64,000 nt of DNA from an uncultured Phycisphaerales bacterium (GTDB taxonomy: Bacteria > Planctomycetota > Phycisphaerae > Tepidisphaerales > Tepidisphaeraceae): NCBI GenBank assembly GCA_963755915.1, contig CAVWLP010000003.1:1344001-1408000 (forward strand), read 5' to 3'. Made by a program: the position numbers and the translations under genes. Below the pieces are notes generated by a model. That model had not been told where the DNA came from, did no database searches, and worked only from the letters and a program-made list of their open reading frames with translations. The number at the start of each line of letters is the position of its first letter. The stretch's first letter is position 1. This document shows, one piece after another, positions 30,541 through 40,608 of this stretch.

Positions 30541-30729
30541 GCGATGACACCATAGGGCCACAATAGAATACAGAGAGTGCCAAAGGCCGAATATCGCGTA
30601 CCCTAGTTTTCCCATCTTGCCCAGCTTGTTGCGGACTGTTACCTTTTGTACCCGATGCCCGGCGCACAAAAAAATCATTGGGCGGCGCCATCGCGAGTTC
30701 CGGCACTGCGTAATTCGTCAGGGCCGAGT

Positions 30730-30865
30730 CGAAGTTTGCGCGGCGGCGGGCGGAGGAATAGACGGCATTCAAATGGCGCGAGACGAGTTCGGCGAAGGCG
30801 GCGTGGGAGTCAGCGACGAAGTCGGTGAGGAGCCGGGAATCGGAGGATGGGGAGTGCTGAACCAT
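30730..30865 (-). pseudogene. N-terminal remnant of an ECF sigma factor
   Basis: SDSRLLTDFV...AAFAELVSRHLNAVYSSARR matches the start of ECF region 2; similarity then stops. Confidence 0.55.
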
Positions 30866-30938
30866 CGGCCGTCAATATATGTGTTGCCGCCGGGGGGTTG
30901 GACAGAAATACCAGAGGATTTTCAGGGGGCTGCGGATG

Positions 30939-30972
30939 AAAAGAAAGGGGCCCGCCGGAAGGCGGGCCCCGA
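30939..30972 (-). terminator. Intrinsic terminator after prepilin-like gene copy 1
   Basis: On minus: GGGGCCCGCC-TTCC-GGCGGGCCCC-TTTCTTTT. Confidence 0.85.
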
Positions 30973-31012
30973 TTAGGCTCTGCTTGGTCGGACGCTTCCG
31001 GCAACTACTTGG

Positions 31013-31966
31013 TTAGTAGTTGTAGGAAGTCGGCAGCAGCACGCTGTCGTTGGCTACGTAGGGTGAGCCAACCAGGTCCTGGCCCGTGGTACCCCAGGTG
31101 GGACCGCCGCGGGTGTAGATGTTGTCACGGTCGGTGCCGACGAACGGATTGTTGTCGAACTCGACGTGACCGTCACCGAACAGGACGTTCTGCCCGTCCT
31201 TGCCATGGTTATCGCTGTTGCCGTAACGCATGGCCTGGCTCGAGCTGCTGGTGTTGGGGTACATCACATTGTCGTTGCTGCCGGCGCCGTTGCCGGTGCC
31301 GGGATTGATGTCCGCCGCCACCGCAAACGTCGGCTCCAGACCCTGAACCATCTTATACCCGGAGCCAAGCGCGTTGGTGTCCGGATAGGGGCAGGCATAG
31401 CTGTAGCTCAGGTTGTTCTGGATGTTGGTGAAGTCGATCTGGTTCAAAGCGGTGTTGGTCCCGCCGCCGTACACATCCGCCGTCGCGTTGGAGCTGGGGC
31501 AGACGAACACGGCCGAGGTGATGTCCTCCGTGCGCAGCAGGAGGAACAATGCCTCGGGAACATTGTTGGTGAACGACGTCGAATTGGGGGTCAAGGTACC
31601 CGACAGGTTGAACGGATCGGTCTGGCCCATGCCGACAGCCGGGCTGCCCATTCCACTTACCGAAATGGTGGGGGCGACGGTCAGGGTCATCGTTGCCCCG
31701 CCGGAATAAATCCCGCGGGGATAGGGACCCTTGTTGTCGTTGGAATAGAGCAGGATGGCCTGCCCGATCTGGCGGAGGTTGCTGGCGCACTTGACGCGGT
31801 TGGCCGTTTCACGGGCCCGGTTCAAGCTGGGCAGCAGGATCGAGATCAGCAGGGCGATGATCCCGATAACCACCAGGAGTTCAACCAGAGTAAACCCACG
31901 TGGGGTAAACCCTCGTTTTTCGACGGCACCCGAAGGATCGGGGCTCGTCTGGTACGTACGCTTCAT
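31013..31966 (-). CDS. Prepilin-type N-terminal cleavage/methylation protein (DUF1559 / H-X9-DG), copy 1
   Basis: [25 protein letters not shown]...[23 protein letters not shown]. Confidence 0.93.
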   Translation of the reverse strand: MKRTYQTSPDPSGAVEKRGFTPRGFTLVELLVVIGIIALLISILLPSLNRARETANRVKCASNLRQIGQAILLYSNDNKGPYPRGIYSGGATMTLTVAPTISVSGMGSPAVGMGQTDPFNLSGTLTPNSTSFTNNVPEALFLLLRTEDITSAVFVCPSSNATADVYGGGTNTALNQIDFTNIQNNLSYSYACPYPDTNALGSGYKMVQGLEPTFAVAADINPGTGNGAGSNDNVMYPNTSSSSQAMRYGNSDNHGKDGQNVLFGDGHVEFDNNPFVGTDRDNIYTRGGPTWGTTGQDLVGSPYVANDSVLLPTSYNY

Positions 31967-32238
31967 ACGAAGCTCCTTTCAGAATGCGTCACATCCAAAG
32001 GCGTATCTGAAGCGATCGTACGGAAGGATAGATATGATAGCCGTATCGTTTGTCCTCGCGGAAAATCTCGAGGAGACGACCCCATCGATCACGGATACAG
32101 ATCTGGAATGTGACATTGGGAAGAATCGCGCCGGCGAACACCGCCGGGCACGCACAAATGGCTTATTTGAAAATCGAACCGATAAACTCCGCCAAAACGA
32201 CTCCAACCTCGGTCGCCCGCTGAGGCGGACGAAGCTTA

Positions 32239-32267
32239 AGTTTAGCTGAAGATGTGGGGGCTGGCAA
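32239..32267 (-). promoter_or_regulatory. sigma70-type promoter for prepilin-like copy 1
   Basis: TTGCCA-N17-TAAACT on minus; the homologous position in copy 2 is TTGACC-N18-TAAACT. Confidence 0.6.
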
Positions 32268-32411
32268 GAAAAATGGGCGGGCGCAACAACAATATCGAGA
32301 TTAATATAATAGCATTATTTACAGATATTTACGAATTAGAAGAGCGGCAGTTTTAAGGCCGAATTTGGGGCGGCGCATATTTTCTCTGGAAACGGGAGCT
32401 GGGAGGTGAGG

Positions 32412-32445
32412 AAAAAGAAAGGGGCCCGCCGGAAGGCGGGCCCCG
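32412..32445 (-). terminator. Intrinsic terminator after prepilin-like gene copy 2
   Basis: Same hairpin and T-run as at 30939-30972. Confidence 0.85.
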
Positions 32446-32486
32446 ATTAGGCTCTGCTTGGTCGGACGCTTCCGGCAACTACTTGG

Positions 32487-33440
32487 TTAGTAGTTGTAGG
32501 AAGTCGGCAGCAGCACGCTGTCGTTGGCTACGTAGGGTGAGCCAACCAGGTCCTGGCCCGTGGTACCCCAGGTGGGACCGCCGCGGGTGTAGATGTTGTC
32601 ACGGTCGGTGCCGACGAACGGATTGTTGTCGAACTCGACGTGACCGTCACCGAACAGGACGTTCTGCCCGTCCTTGCCATGGTTATCGCTGTTGCCGTAA
32701 CGCATGGCCTGGCTCGAGCTGCTGGTGTTGGGGTACATCACATTGTCGTTGCTGCCGGCGCCGTTGCCGGTGCCGGGATTGATGTCCGCCGCCACCGCAA
32801 ACGTCGGCTCCAGACCCTGAACCATCTTATACCCGGAGCCAAGCGCGTTGGTGTCCGGATAGGGGCAGGCATAGCTGTAGCTCAGGTTGTTCTGGATGTT
32901 GGTGAAGTCGATCTGGTTCAAAGCGGTGTTGGTCCCGCCGCCGTACACATCCGCCGTCGCGTTGGAGCTGGGGCAGACGAACACGGCCGAGGTGATGTCC
33001 TCCGTGCGCAGCAGGAGGAACAATGCCTCGGGAACATTGTTGGTGAACGACGTCGAATTGGGGGTCAAGGTACCCGACAGGTTGAACGGATCGGTCTGGC
33101 CCATGCCGACAGCCGGGCTGCCCATTCCACTTACCGAAATGGTGGGGGCGACGGTCAGGGTCATCGTTGCCCCGCCGGAATAAATCCCGCGGGGATAGGG
33201 ACCCTGGTCGTCGTTGGAGTAGAGCAGGATGGCCTGCCCGATCTGGCGGAGGTTGCTGGCGCACTTGACGCGGTTGGCCGTTTCACGGGCCCGGTTCAAG
33301 CTGGGCAGCAGGATCGAGATCAGCAGGGCGATGATCCCGATAACCACCAGGAGTTCAACCAGAGTAAACCCACGTGGGGTAAACCCTCGTTTTTCGACGG
33401 CACCCGAAGGATCGGGGCTCGTCTGGTACGTACGCTTCAT
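32487..33440 (-). CDS. Prepilin-type DUF1559 / H-X9-DG protein, copy 2
   Basis: Identical to copy 1 except NK->DQ; offset 1474 bp. Confidence 0.93.
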   Translation of the reverse strand: MKRTYQTSPDPSGAVEKRGFTPRGFTLVELLVVIGIIALLISILLPSLNRARETANRVKCASNLRQIGQAILLYSNDDQGPYPRGIYSGGATMTLTVAPTISVSGMGSPAVGMGQTDPFNLSGTLTPNSTSFTNNVPEALFLLLRTEDITSAVFVCPSSNATADVYGGGTNTALNQIDFTNIQNNLSYSYACPYPDTNALGSGYKMVQGLEPTFAVAADINPGTGNGAGSNDNVMYPNTSSSSQAMRYGNSDNHGKDGQNVLFGDGHVEFDNNPFVGTDRDNIYTRGGPTWGTTGQDLVGSPYVANDSVLLPTSYNY

Positions 33441-33716
33441 ATGAAGCTCCTCTCGGAATACGTCACAACCGAAAGTGAAGTCGAGCGATCATTCGGAAAT
33501 AAGAAGATATGATGGCTGCAATCGCGCTCCCAAACGGATCCACCCGGGAGACGATCCCATTGATCGCGGGATACAGAATCGGAATGTGACATTGGGAAAA
33601 AAGATCGCGCCGGCGAACACCGCCGGGCACGCACAAAAGTTTATATATTCAGCTTCTGAATGTTTCCGCCACACATTTTACAAACCCCCCAGCGCAGTTG
33701 CGCGACCGGGACGTTA

Positions 33717-33746
33717 AGTTTAGCGAGAATTGGGGTGCGGGGTCAA
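33717..33746 (-). promoter_or_regulatory. sigma70-type promoter for prepilin-like copy 2
   Basis: TTGACC-N18-TAAACT on minus. Confidence 0.6.
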
Positions 33747-33819
33747 TTAAAAGTTGCCGGGGAAATTTTTTACGGGGGATTTTTCTTGATGGCGAACCTT
33801 AAGACGCTATTAGAAGATG

Positions 33820-34356
33820 CTATTGGGCGGGAGCATCAGGATTGGGGTGCCGCATTTTTTTGGTGGGACGAAGCTTAATTAGCTTTTCGATAACGAGTTC
33901 AGGCAGGACGCCACGTAGCTGGCGTACGTCGCCACCAAGGGAGACCACCTGGCGGATCAGGCTGCTGCTGGTGAGGGCATACTGGTCGCCGGTCATGATA
34001 AAGACGGTTTCAACACCGCCGACGGAGCGATTGGCCAGGGCGAGCTGGAATTCGTAGCGGAGATCGGAGACGTCGCGGATTCCGCGGAGGATAACGGTTG
34101 CCTTGGCGCGTTTGACGAAATCGACGGTTAGGCCGGTGTATTTTTCGACGCGAACGCCGGGGAGATCGCCCAGGAGGGTGCGGATCATAGAGACGCGCTG
34201 GGGGAGGGAGAAGAGTTCGGTTTTTTCAGGGTTGATCCCGACGGCGACGATCAGTTCGTCGAAGAGCCCTACGCCGCGGCGGATGACGTCGAGGTGGCCA
34301 TTGGTGATGGGGTCGAACTGGCCAGGGAAAACGGCGATGCGCGGGGAGCGGGGCAT
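33820..34356 (-). CDS. coaD: Pantetheine-phosphate adenylyltransferase
   Basis: AVFPGQFDPITNGHLDVI, ILRGIR, YEFQLA.ANR, SSSLIR. Confidence 0.95.
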   Translation of the reverse strand: MPRSPRIAVFPGQFDPITNGHLDVIRRGVGLFDELIVAVGINPEKTELFSLPQRVSMIRTLLGDLPGVRVEKYTGLTVDFVKRAKATVILRGIRDVSDLRYEFQLALANRSVGGVETVFIMTGDQYALTSSSLIRQVVSLGGDVRQLRGVLPELVIEKLIKLRPTKKMRHPNPDAPAQ

Positions 34357-34395
34357 GGAGGGGAGATGATAAGGGATGAGGGCGGAGGTTGGGAA

Positions 34396-34478
34396 GAATG
34401 CCGATTGCCAAATGCCGAATGGGCAAGGCAAGCATTTCATTCGGCATTTGGCATTTGGCATTCGGCATTCGGCATTTC
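34396..34478. repeat. Heptamer short tandem repeats (ATT(C/T)GGC) in inverted arrangement
   Basis: GAATGCC/AAATGCC units followed by ATTCGGC/ATTTGGC x5. Confidence 0.75.
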
Positions 34479-34491
34479 TATACTCGGCTTC

Positions 34492-35295
34492 ATGTTAGAG
34501 ATGCGATCGGGCAATCATGGGGTGCGGTATTATTCCTCTATGAAGCTGGAGGCGATTGGGGTGCGGCATGCGTTCAGTACGCGGCTCGGGGGGATCAGTC
34601 CGGCGCCGTTTGATTCGCTGAACCTGGGGAATCCCAATGGGTGCGAACTTCAGGATGATTACGATCGAATCTGGAAGAACTATGCGCGGCTGAGTGCGAG
34701 CATTGATTGCCCCGAGGTGCCACCGCTGCGGGTGCACCAGGTGCATGGGGCGGAGGTGGCGAGCGTTTCGGCGGGGAAGGAGTTTGACACGAACTGCAAG
34801 GCGGACGCGATCGTAAGCGAAGACTCCGAGCGGGTGATTTCCGTGCGGACGGCGGATTGCGTGCCACTGCTGTTTTCCAGCGGTGACGGGCGAATGGTGG
34901 CGGCGGTACACGCGGGATGGCGGGGAATTATGGCGGGGGTGATTCCGGCGGCGATTGGGCGGATGGTTAATCGGGGATGCACGGAGGGATCGATCGTCGC
35001 GGCGATCGGGCCTTGCATCGGACGCAATGCGTTTGAGGTGGGGGATGAGGTGGCGGAGGAATTTCGCAGAGCCTTTGGGGAGAGTGCGGTGGTTGGAATG
35101 TCGCAGGAGGGGAAAGCCGTGATAGACTTGCGGCTGGCGGCGCGGCTGCAGCTTCTGGCGGCGGGCGTGGCAGCGGAGAATATCGAAACGACGGACCGCT
35201 GCACGGTGACGCATCGGGATGAGTTCTACTCGCATCGGCGCGACCGCGGCGTAACGGGGCGAATGGCGGCGATCATTGCGCCCGGCAGGTCATGA
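34492..35295 (+). CDS. pgeF: Peptidoglycan editing factor / purine nucleoside phosphorylase PgeF (YfiH)
   Basis: HAFSTRLGG, SLNLG, HQVHG, TADCVP, HAGWRG, IGPCI, FYSHRR. Confidence 0.92.
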   Translation: MLEMRSGNHGVRYYSSMKLEAIGVRHAFSTRLGGISPAPFDSLNLGNPNGCELQDDYDRIWKNYARLSASIDCPEVPPLRVHQVHGAEVASVSAGKEFDTNCKADAIVSEDSERVISVRTADCVPLLFSSGDGRMVAAVHAGWRGIMAGVIPAAIGRMVNRGCTEGSIVAAIGPCIGRNAFEVGDEVAEEFRRAFGESAVVGMSQEGKAVIDLRLAARLQLLAAGVAAENIETTDRCTVTHRDEFYSHRRDRGVTGRMAAIIAPGRS

Positions 35296-37016
35296 GCCGA
35301 ATCACAAGAATCCGATTACTGCTTCTGATTGCGATTGCGCTGGTCTTTGGCCAGATCGTGACCCACGACTTCGTCGATTGGGACGACGGGGCGCTGATCT
35401 ACAACAATGACAACATGAGAAATCCGACGTTGTCTTCGCTGGCGCATCACTGGAAGCCGAGCGATAAGGCGAACATGTCGATGTACGATCCGCTGGTTTT
35501 CACGTTGTGGTGGGGGATTGCGCATTTTGCGACGTTGGATAGTCCCGACCTTCTGGGCTCGACGCTGAACCCGTATCTGTTTCACGCCGCGAGCCTGGTG
35601 GTGCACTGGTTTTGTGCGTGCCTGGTGCTGGAAATTCTTCTGCAATTGAAGATCAAACCCTGGGCGTCGGCGGCGGGGGCACTGGTGTTCGCGATCCATC
35701 CGCTGCAAACGGAGACGGTCGCCTGGGCGACGGCGATGAAGGATCTGCTGAGCGGTTTGTTCTCGCTGCTGGCGATTTGGCGTTACCTTGTGGCCCTGCA
35801 ATCGGAGGGAAAGCGACGAACCGTGAATTGCTGGATTGCCACGGTCGCGTATGCGGCGGCGGTGCTTTCCAAGCCGTCGACCGTGGTTCTTCCGGTGATG
35901 GCAGCGGCGATGGATCGCGTCCTTTATCGCCGCAGTTGGCGGGGGGTGATGAACTGGTATCTGGGTTTATGGCTGGCGATAGGGATCACGGCGACGATCA
36001 CGGCCTCGGTCGTTCAGAAAATCCAGCCGCAGATATTGTCACCGCCGTGGGCACGTCCATTGGTCGCGCTGGATGCGATTTCGTTTTACCTGGCGAAGGT
36101 GTTTGTGCCGCTGTGGATTCGATTCGATTATGGACGAAGCCCCATGGTGCTGCTGTCGGGTGGCGGGATGCATTATGCGCTTGCCTGGACATGGGTGCTC
36201 CCGGTGGGATTGGCGGTGCTGATCTGGCGAAGCGGGCAGAAGCTGCCGGCGGCGGCGGGTTTGATCTTCGTGATCGGCGTCTTGCCGGTGCTGGGATTGA
36301 AGGCGTTCTCGTACCAATACTACACAACGGTGGCGGACCGGTACGTGTATTTATCGATGCTCGGGGTTGCGATATGCGTGGGTTGGGCGGTGCAGCGGTA
36401 CCAATATCGCTGGGTTTCGATTGCGGCGGCGGTTGTGATTGTGGTACTGGGGGGAATGTCGTTCGTGTATGCGAGCCGGTGGGTCGACACGGAAACGCTC
36501 TATTCTTACGGCCTGACGGGGACGCGCTCGCTGCACCTGTTGACACTGGGGGATTACCAGAGCCATTTGGCCGAACCGTGTTTCCGAAGGGCGCGGCAGG
36601 CGGCAGCGGCGGGAAATTTTGCGCAGGCGACGGAAAATCGGGCGGAAGGAAATTACCATGTGCAGCAGACGGTGGCGCTTTATAAAGGCGCAATTGAACT
36701 GGAGCCGCTTCAGCCCGACGGATACGACCGGCTCGCAAGATTTTACGTGCTAATCAACCATTATTCCGAGGCGATTGAGACGGTGAAGCAGTGGATGGCG
36801 CTGGAACCGCGGATGCTCGAGCCGCTGCGCGAGCCGCCGGGGGAGTTGAAGGCCATGTTGGGGCAGATCTACATCATCAACCGCCAATACCCGGAGGCGA
36901 TTGCCATGCTTAAGCAATCGCAGGCGGAGAAATGGGACCCGGAGGTGGAGAAGATGCTGGAGAGAGCGCAGAAACTGTTGGCGATGTCTGCGACGCAGCC
37001 TTCGACGCGAAAATAG
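35292..37016 (+). CDS. TMTC-like GT-C membrane glycosyltransferase with C-terminal TPRs
   Basis: FVDWDD loop, FAIHPLQTETVAW, SKP, ADRYVY; TPR-like tail. Confidence 0.85.
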   Translation: MSRITRIRLLLLIAIALVFGQIVTHDFVDWDDGALIYNNDNMRNPTLSSLAHHWKPSDKANMSMYDPLVFTLWWGIAHFATLDSPDLLGSTLNPYLFHAASLVVHWFCACLVLEILLQLKIKPWASAAGALVFAIHPLQTETVAWATAMKDLLSGLFSLLAIWRYLVALQSEGKRRTVNCWIATVAYAAAVLSKPSTVVLPVMAAAMDRVLYRRSWRGVMNWYLGLWLAIGITATITASVVQKIQPQILSPPWARPLVALDAISFYLAKVFVPLWIRFDYGRSPMVLLSGGGMHYALAWTWVLPVGLAVLIWRSGQKLPAAAGLIFVIGVLPVLGLKAFSYQYYTTVADRYVYLSMLGVAICVGWAVQRYQYRWVSIAAAVVIVVLGGMSFVYASRWVDTETLYSYGLTGTRSLHLLTLGDYQSHLAEPCFRRARQAAAAGNFAQATENRAEGNYHVQQTVALYKGAIELEPLQPDGYDRLARFYVLINHYSEAIETVKQWMALEPRMLEPLREPPGELKAMLGQIYIINRQYPEAIAMLKQSQAEKWDPEVEKMLERAQKLLAMSATQPSTRK

Positions 37017-37025
37017 CGCGCGGGT

Positions 37026-38025
37026 TTATTGATTCGGGAGGGACTGGTTGGCGTGGAAGGCGCGGCGCTCGATGTCGTAGAGATCGTCGAGAGAAGTGCG
37101 GACATCGATGGCGGGCGGCTCGTTGGGATCGACCTGGGCGTCGCGGCGGGCGATCAACCAGCGGCCCTGGAGAAATTCGAACTGGGTCTGGCAGTGAACT
37201 TGCCGGGGGGATTCATCGTTGATGAAGGCATCGTCGCTTTGCGCATCGGCGCGAGGAGTGAGGCTCGGTGATGCGGGAGCCGCAGTCGTAGCGGATGAGG
37301 ATTTTGGGAGCGTCGGAATCCTGGGGCGGATCGTAGGCGACATTCCAAACGGCGTAGCGGCGGCGGCGCCAGTTGCCGTGGGAATCCTGGAAAAGAGTGG
37401 GATGGGTGCGGACGAAGGCGGCAAAGGCCTCGAAGTTGCGCTGGAAGGATTCGATGGCGAGGTAGTGCTGCGGCGGGGAGGGAGCGGTGGTTGGGTTTGG
37501 GGACTGCGGAGAAACGGCGGTGGTGGGCCCGGCGCGGAGGCGGCGCTGGGCGTCGAGCTCGCCGCGGCGGGCGCGCTCGAGAAGGGACTTGAGGTAGATG
37601 CTTTCGATGTTGCGCTGGCCGAGACGGTCGATGACAAACGTATATTGGGCTGCGGCGCCGGCGTAGTCGTTGTCGACCATGAGAACGTCGCCGCGATTGG
37701 TGGCGTCGCTCAGAACCTGAAGGTTTCGGCTTTCCCACGTGGGGGAGAAGAGATCGAGGCAGATGATGACGAAACCAGCCAGGGCGGTGATGAGGACGAA
37801 CCACCAGAGCACGGAGGGAATTCCGCGGCCGGGAAGCGGGCGGGCGGCGGTTTCCAGGACGGGGACAACGGGCTGGTCGGGCAGGGGCGGCTCGTCGTGC
37901 TCGTCGGTTTCGGGGTTGGGGATATCGTTGAGGGCGCCGCAGACCGGGCAGAATTCGGTGACACCGGCAAATTCCTCGCCGATTTCGAAGGGTTCCCCAC
38001 ACTGGGCGCAGGTGACGGAAATCAC
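37026..38025 (-). CDS. Hypothetical membrane-anchored protein with N-terminal Zn-ribbon (frameshift near 37250)
   Basis: CAQC...CPVC, one TM helix; the C-terminus continues in the frame ending at 37026. Confidence 0.65.
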
Positions 38026-38039
38026 TACCGATGATCCGA

Positions 38040-38717
38040 TCAGGCGGCGGTGGAGATGGACTGACTTTCCCCCGGCGCCATGAAACTCCGCTTCTGACGG
38101 TTCTTGTTGTTGGTGATGACGACGGTTTCCCAGAGGTCGATGCTTTCGAGCTTGAAGCGATAATCGACCTCGACGCCGGTGCGGCGGATGAGGTCCTGAA
38201 GGGGGAGGTCGCTGCGCCAGCCCAGCATCGTGCACAGGGGGCAGAGGAATTTTTCCACCATCGCCAGGAAACGGTTGGTGGATTGGAAATGGTTGACGAT
38301 GACGATGCGCGATTCGGGTTTGCAGACGCGCTGGGCCTCGGTGATGAGGCGGTAAGGATCGCTCACGACGCTGATGACATGGCTGATGAAGACGTGGTCG
38401 AAGGCGTCGTCGCGGAAGGGAAGCTCAAGGGCGTTGGCCTGGAGGAGCTGGGTGGGGGCACAATCGCCGTGAAGGAGTTTTTTGCGGCACTCACGGAGCA
38501 TGCCGGCGGAGAGGTCGATCCCGACGACCTGTGCGTGGGTGGGGTAATGTTCGAGCGAGGCACCGGTGCCGATGCCGAGGTCGAGGACGGTTTGACCCGG
38601 GGCGATGTTCATGTGGGTGATACCACGGGCGATCCGGCGCTGGACGAGCCGGCCGAACGTAATGTCATAGAACATCGAATGGAAATCGTAGATATTTCGG
38701 GTGCTGGATTCCTGCAT
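38040..38717 (-). CDS. Class I SAM methyltransferase, PmtA-like phospholipid N-methyltransferase
   Basis: VLDLGIGTG, GIDLSAGML, VVSDP, IVIVNHF. Confidence 0.8.
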   Translation of the reverse strand: MQESSTRNIYDFHSMFYDITFGRLVQRRIARGITHMNIAPGQTVLDLGIGTGASLEHYPTHAQVVGIDLSAGMLRECRKKLLHGDCAPTQLLQANALELPFRDDAFDHVFISHVISVVSDPYRLITEAQRVCKPESRIVIVNHFQSTNRFLAMVEKFLCPLCTMLGWRSDLPLQDLIRRTGVEVDYRFKLESIDLWETVVITNNKNRQKRSFMAPGESQSISTAA

Positions 38718-38807
38718 GGGCACGAGAGGCTACTCCTTCGGCTACTTCGCTGGGATTCAAATTAGCGAATCTTGGGGGATTTGCCAAGATTGGGGGGTGG
38801 TACACAT

Positions 38808-39539
38808 TCAGTCTGATTGATCCATTCCGGCGGCTGGGGCGTCCATGATCCAAAGCATTTGGCCGCGGATGGGCTGAATCAGTTGAATCGGGAGGTTCTG
38901 GGGATCGGGCGGGCCCAGCAATACCTGCTCGAGGCGCTTGGCCTTGCCGGCGCCGCTGACCATGACAATGACCTGGCGGGCCTGATTGATGAATGGGGCC
39001 GATAATGTGATCCGCCAGACGCCCATTTTTTCGACGCGGTTGGCGACGCAGCGATGGCGTTTTTCGGCGAGGGCGGTGGTGTTGGGGAAGAGGGAGGCGG
39101 TGTGACCGTCGTCGCCCATGCCGAGGAGGACGAGGTCGAGGCCGCCGTCGCCGAAGTTTTGCTTAAGCATTTCGCCGTATTCGACGGCGGCCTGATGGGG
39201 TTCGATTTCGCCTTTCATGCGGTGGACGTTGTCCGGAGGAATGGGGACCTCGGAAAGAAGGGCCTCGTTGGCCATGCGGAAGTTGCTGTCGGGGTGGGCC
39301 GGGGGGACGCAGCGTTCGTCGCCGAAATAGATTTGCCAGTTTTTCCAGTCGATATGGGAGGCGTAGGAGTTTGAGGCGAGGAGCTGATAGAGCGTTTTAG
39401 GGGTGCTTCCGCCGGAGAGGGCGATGGAGAAATTGCCGCGCGCGGCGATGGCGGCTTCGGCGGCGGGGAGGATGACTTCGGCAGCGGCGACGGCAATCTG
39501 GGCGACGTCGGGGACGACTTTGATTTGGCGGTCTGACAT
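38808..39539 (-). CDS. pgl: 6-phosphogluconolactonase
   Basis: IALSGGSTP, FGDERCVP, LGMGDDGHTASLFP. Confidence 0.95.
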   Translation of the reverse strand: MSDRQIKVVPDVAQIAVAAAEVILPAAEAAIAARGNFSIALSGGSTPKTLYQLLASNSYASHIDWKNWQIYFGDERCVPPAHPDSNFRMANEALLSEVPIPPDNVHRMKGEIEPHQAAVEYGEMLKQNFGDGGLDLVLLGMGDDGHTASLFPNTTALAEKRHRCVANRVEKMGVWRITLSAPFINQARQVIVMVSGAGKAKRLEQVLLGPPDPQNLPIQLIQPIRGQMLWIMDAPAAGMDQSD

Positions 39540-39544
39540 TCGAA

Positions 39545-40099
39545 TCACTCTCGCCAGAGGCGGGACAGGGGGATTTCGAGGTCTTCAAAGGGGGGCAGAT
39601 GGACGGTCTGGTTCTTTTCGCCGCGACCCGCGGAAACATATTTCTTGGCCCGAAGTCGAAATGCCTCGATGGTTTTCTCGGCGGGATCGACGATCCAATA
39701 ATTTACTACGCCGGCGGTGCGATATTGAGCGAATTTGTCGACGCGATCTACTTCGACGCTCGATGGACTGATAATTTCTATGGCCAGATCGGGCGGGCCT
39801 TCCATTGCTTTTTTGCCAATCAAATGCCTTCGAGCCTTTGAGAAATACAAGATGTCGGGGCGTCTCACCGTAAACTCATCGAGAATCGTGTTGACCCCCA
39901 GATATAATTCGCCGAGTTTGTTCGCTTCGACGTATTTGCCGATCATTGTGCAAAGTTGAACCGAGGTATATGACTCGGCCGGCGTCAGGCTGGGTCCAAT
40001 CGCGATCTGCCCGTTGAAGAGTTCCAAGCGAACTCCAACCGGGTCTTCGCCCAATTGGAGGAACTGATCGGCCGTCATTTTTGTTGTGCTGAGGACCAT
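39545..40099 (-). CDS. Uma2-family PD-(D/E)XK endonuclease
   Basis: RPDI, PPDLAIEIISPS, DKFAQY, YWIVDP. Confidence 0.9.
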   Translation of the reverse strand: MVLSTTKMTADQFLQLGEDPVGVRLELFNGQIAIGPSLTPAESYTSVQLCTMIGKYVEANKLGELYLGVNTILDEFTVRRPDILYFSKARRHLIGKKAMEGPPDLAIEIISPSSVEVDRVDKFAQYRTAGVVNYWIVDPAEKTIEAFRLRAKKYVSAGRGEKNQTVHLPPFEDLEIPLSRLWRE

Positions 40100-40155
40100 G
40101 GGTGCGCCGCATTCTAGGCCAAATCACAAGGACAATCGACGGGCGATCATGAGCG

Positions 40156-40548
40156 TCAAGGCAACTGCACCTTGTTTTTGGTCGGAGCCGACGGCACGTA
40201 GGTCGCAGTAGGTCGCTCGACTTTTTTTCCGGAGCCAGCAGGCCTGCGTTCAGGATTTTCGCTCGCGTCGTCCGCTCTTTCGTGATGCCAATTGGGCTCA
40301 CTGGTTTGGTCTGGTACGTCGTCGATCGAATTCTGGGCGGCCTGCACGAGGAATGTAGCACCCAACACGCTCATGCCGTCGCCGAGCGGGACGACCCAGT
40401 CATCGGCGTGGCGCTTGGTTTCCCAGGCCTGGTGACCTTTAAAGATTGTGGTGTCGTCGAAGTTATAGGTGGGATCCAACGCGCAGCCAGATAGCGTCAT
40501 TATGGTGGTGGAAAGCACGAAGCTCATGAGGCGTCGATGAGCGCGCAT
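40156..40548 (-). CDS. Hypothetical lipoprotein
   Basis: Lipobox-like LSGC after a hydrophobic stretch. Confidence 0.5.
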   Translation of the reverse strand: MRAHRRLMSFVLSTTIMTLSGCALDPTYNFDDTTIFKGHQAWETKRHADDWVVPLGDGMSVLGATFLVQAAQNSIDDVPDQTSEPNWHHERADDASENPERRPAGSGKKVERPTATYVPSAPTKNKVQLP

Positions 40549-40608
40549 CGAAGTGCTCCTGTTGGCATTTTAACGTGGCTTGGACGGAAATACCCGTGTC
40601 TTTTTGCG

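Noticed and set aside
31013-33440. Diversity-generating retroelement (template/variable repeat) behind the duplicated genes
   Set aside because: No reverse transcriptase in the window, both copies are full genes, and only three differences exist, located near the N-terminus.
31166-33512. Long antisense ORFs over the prepilin genes (similar ones over pnp, spoVR and the kinases)
   Set aside because: Shadow ORFs expected from high-GC codon bias; no recognisable motifs.
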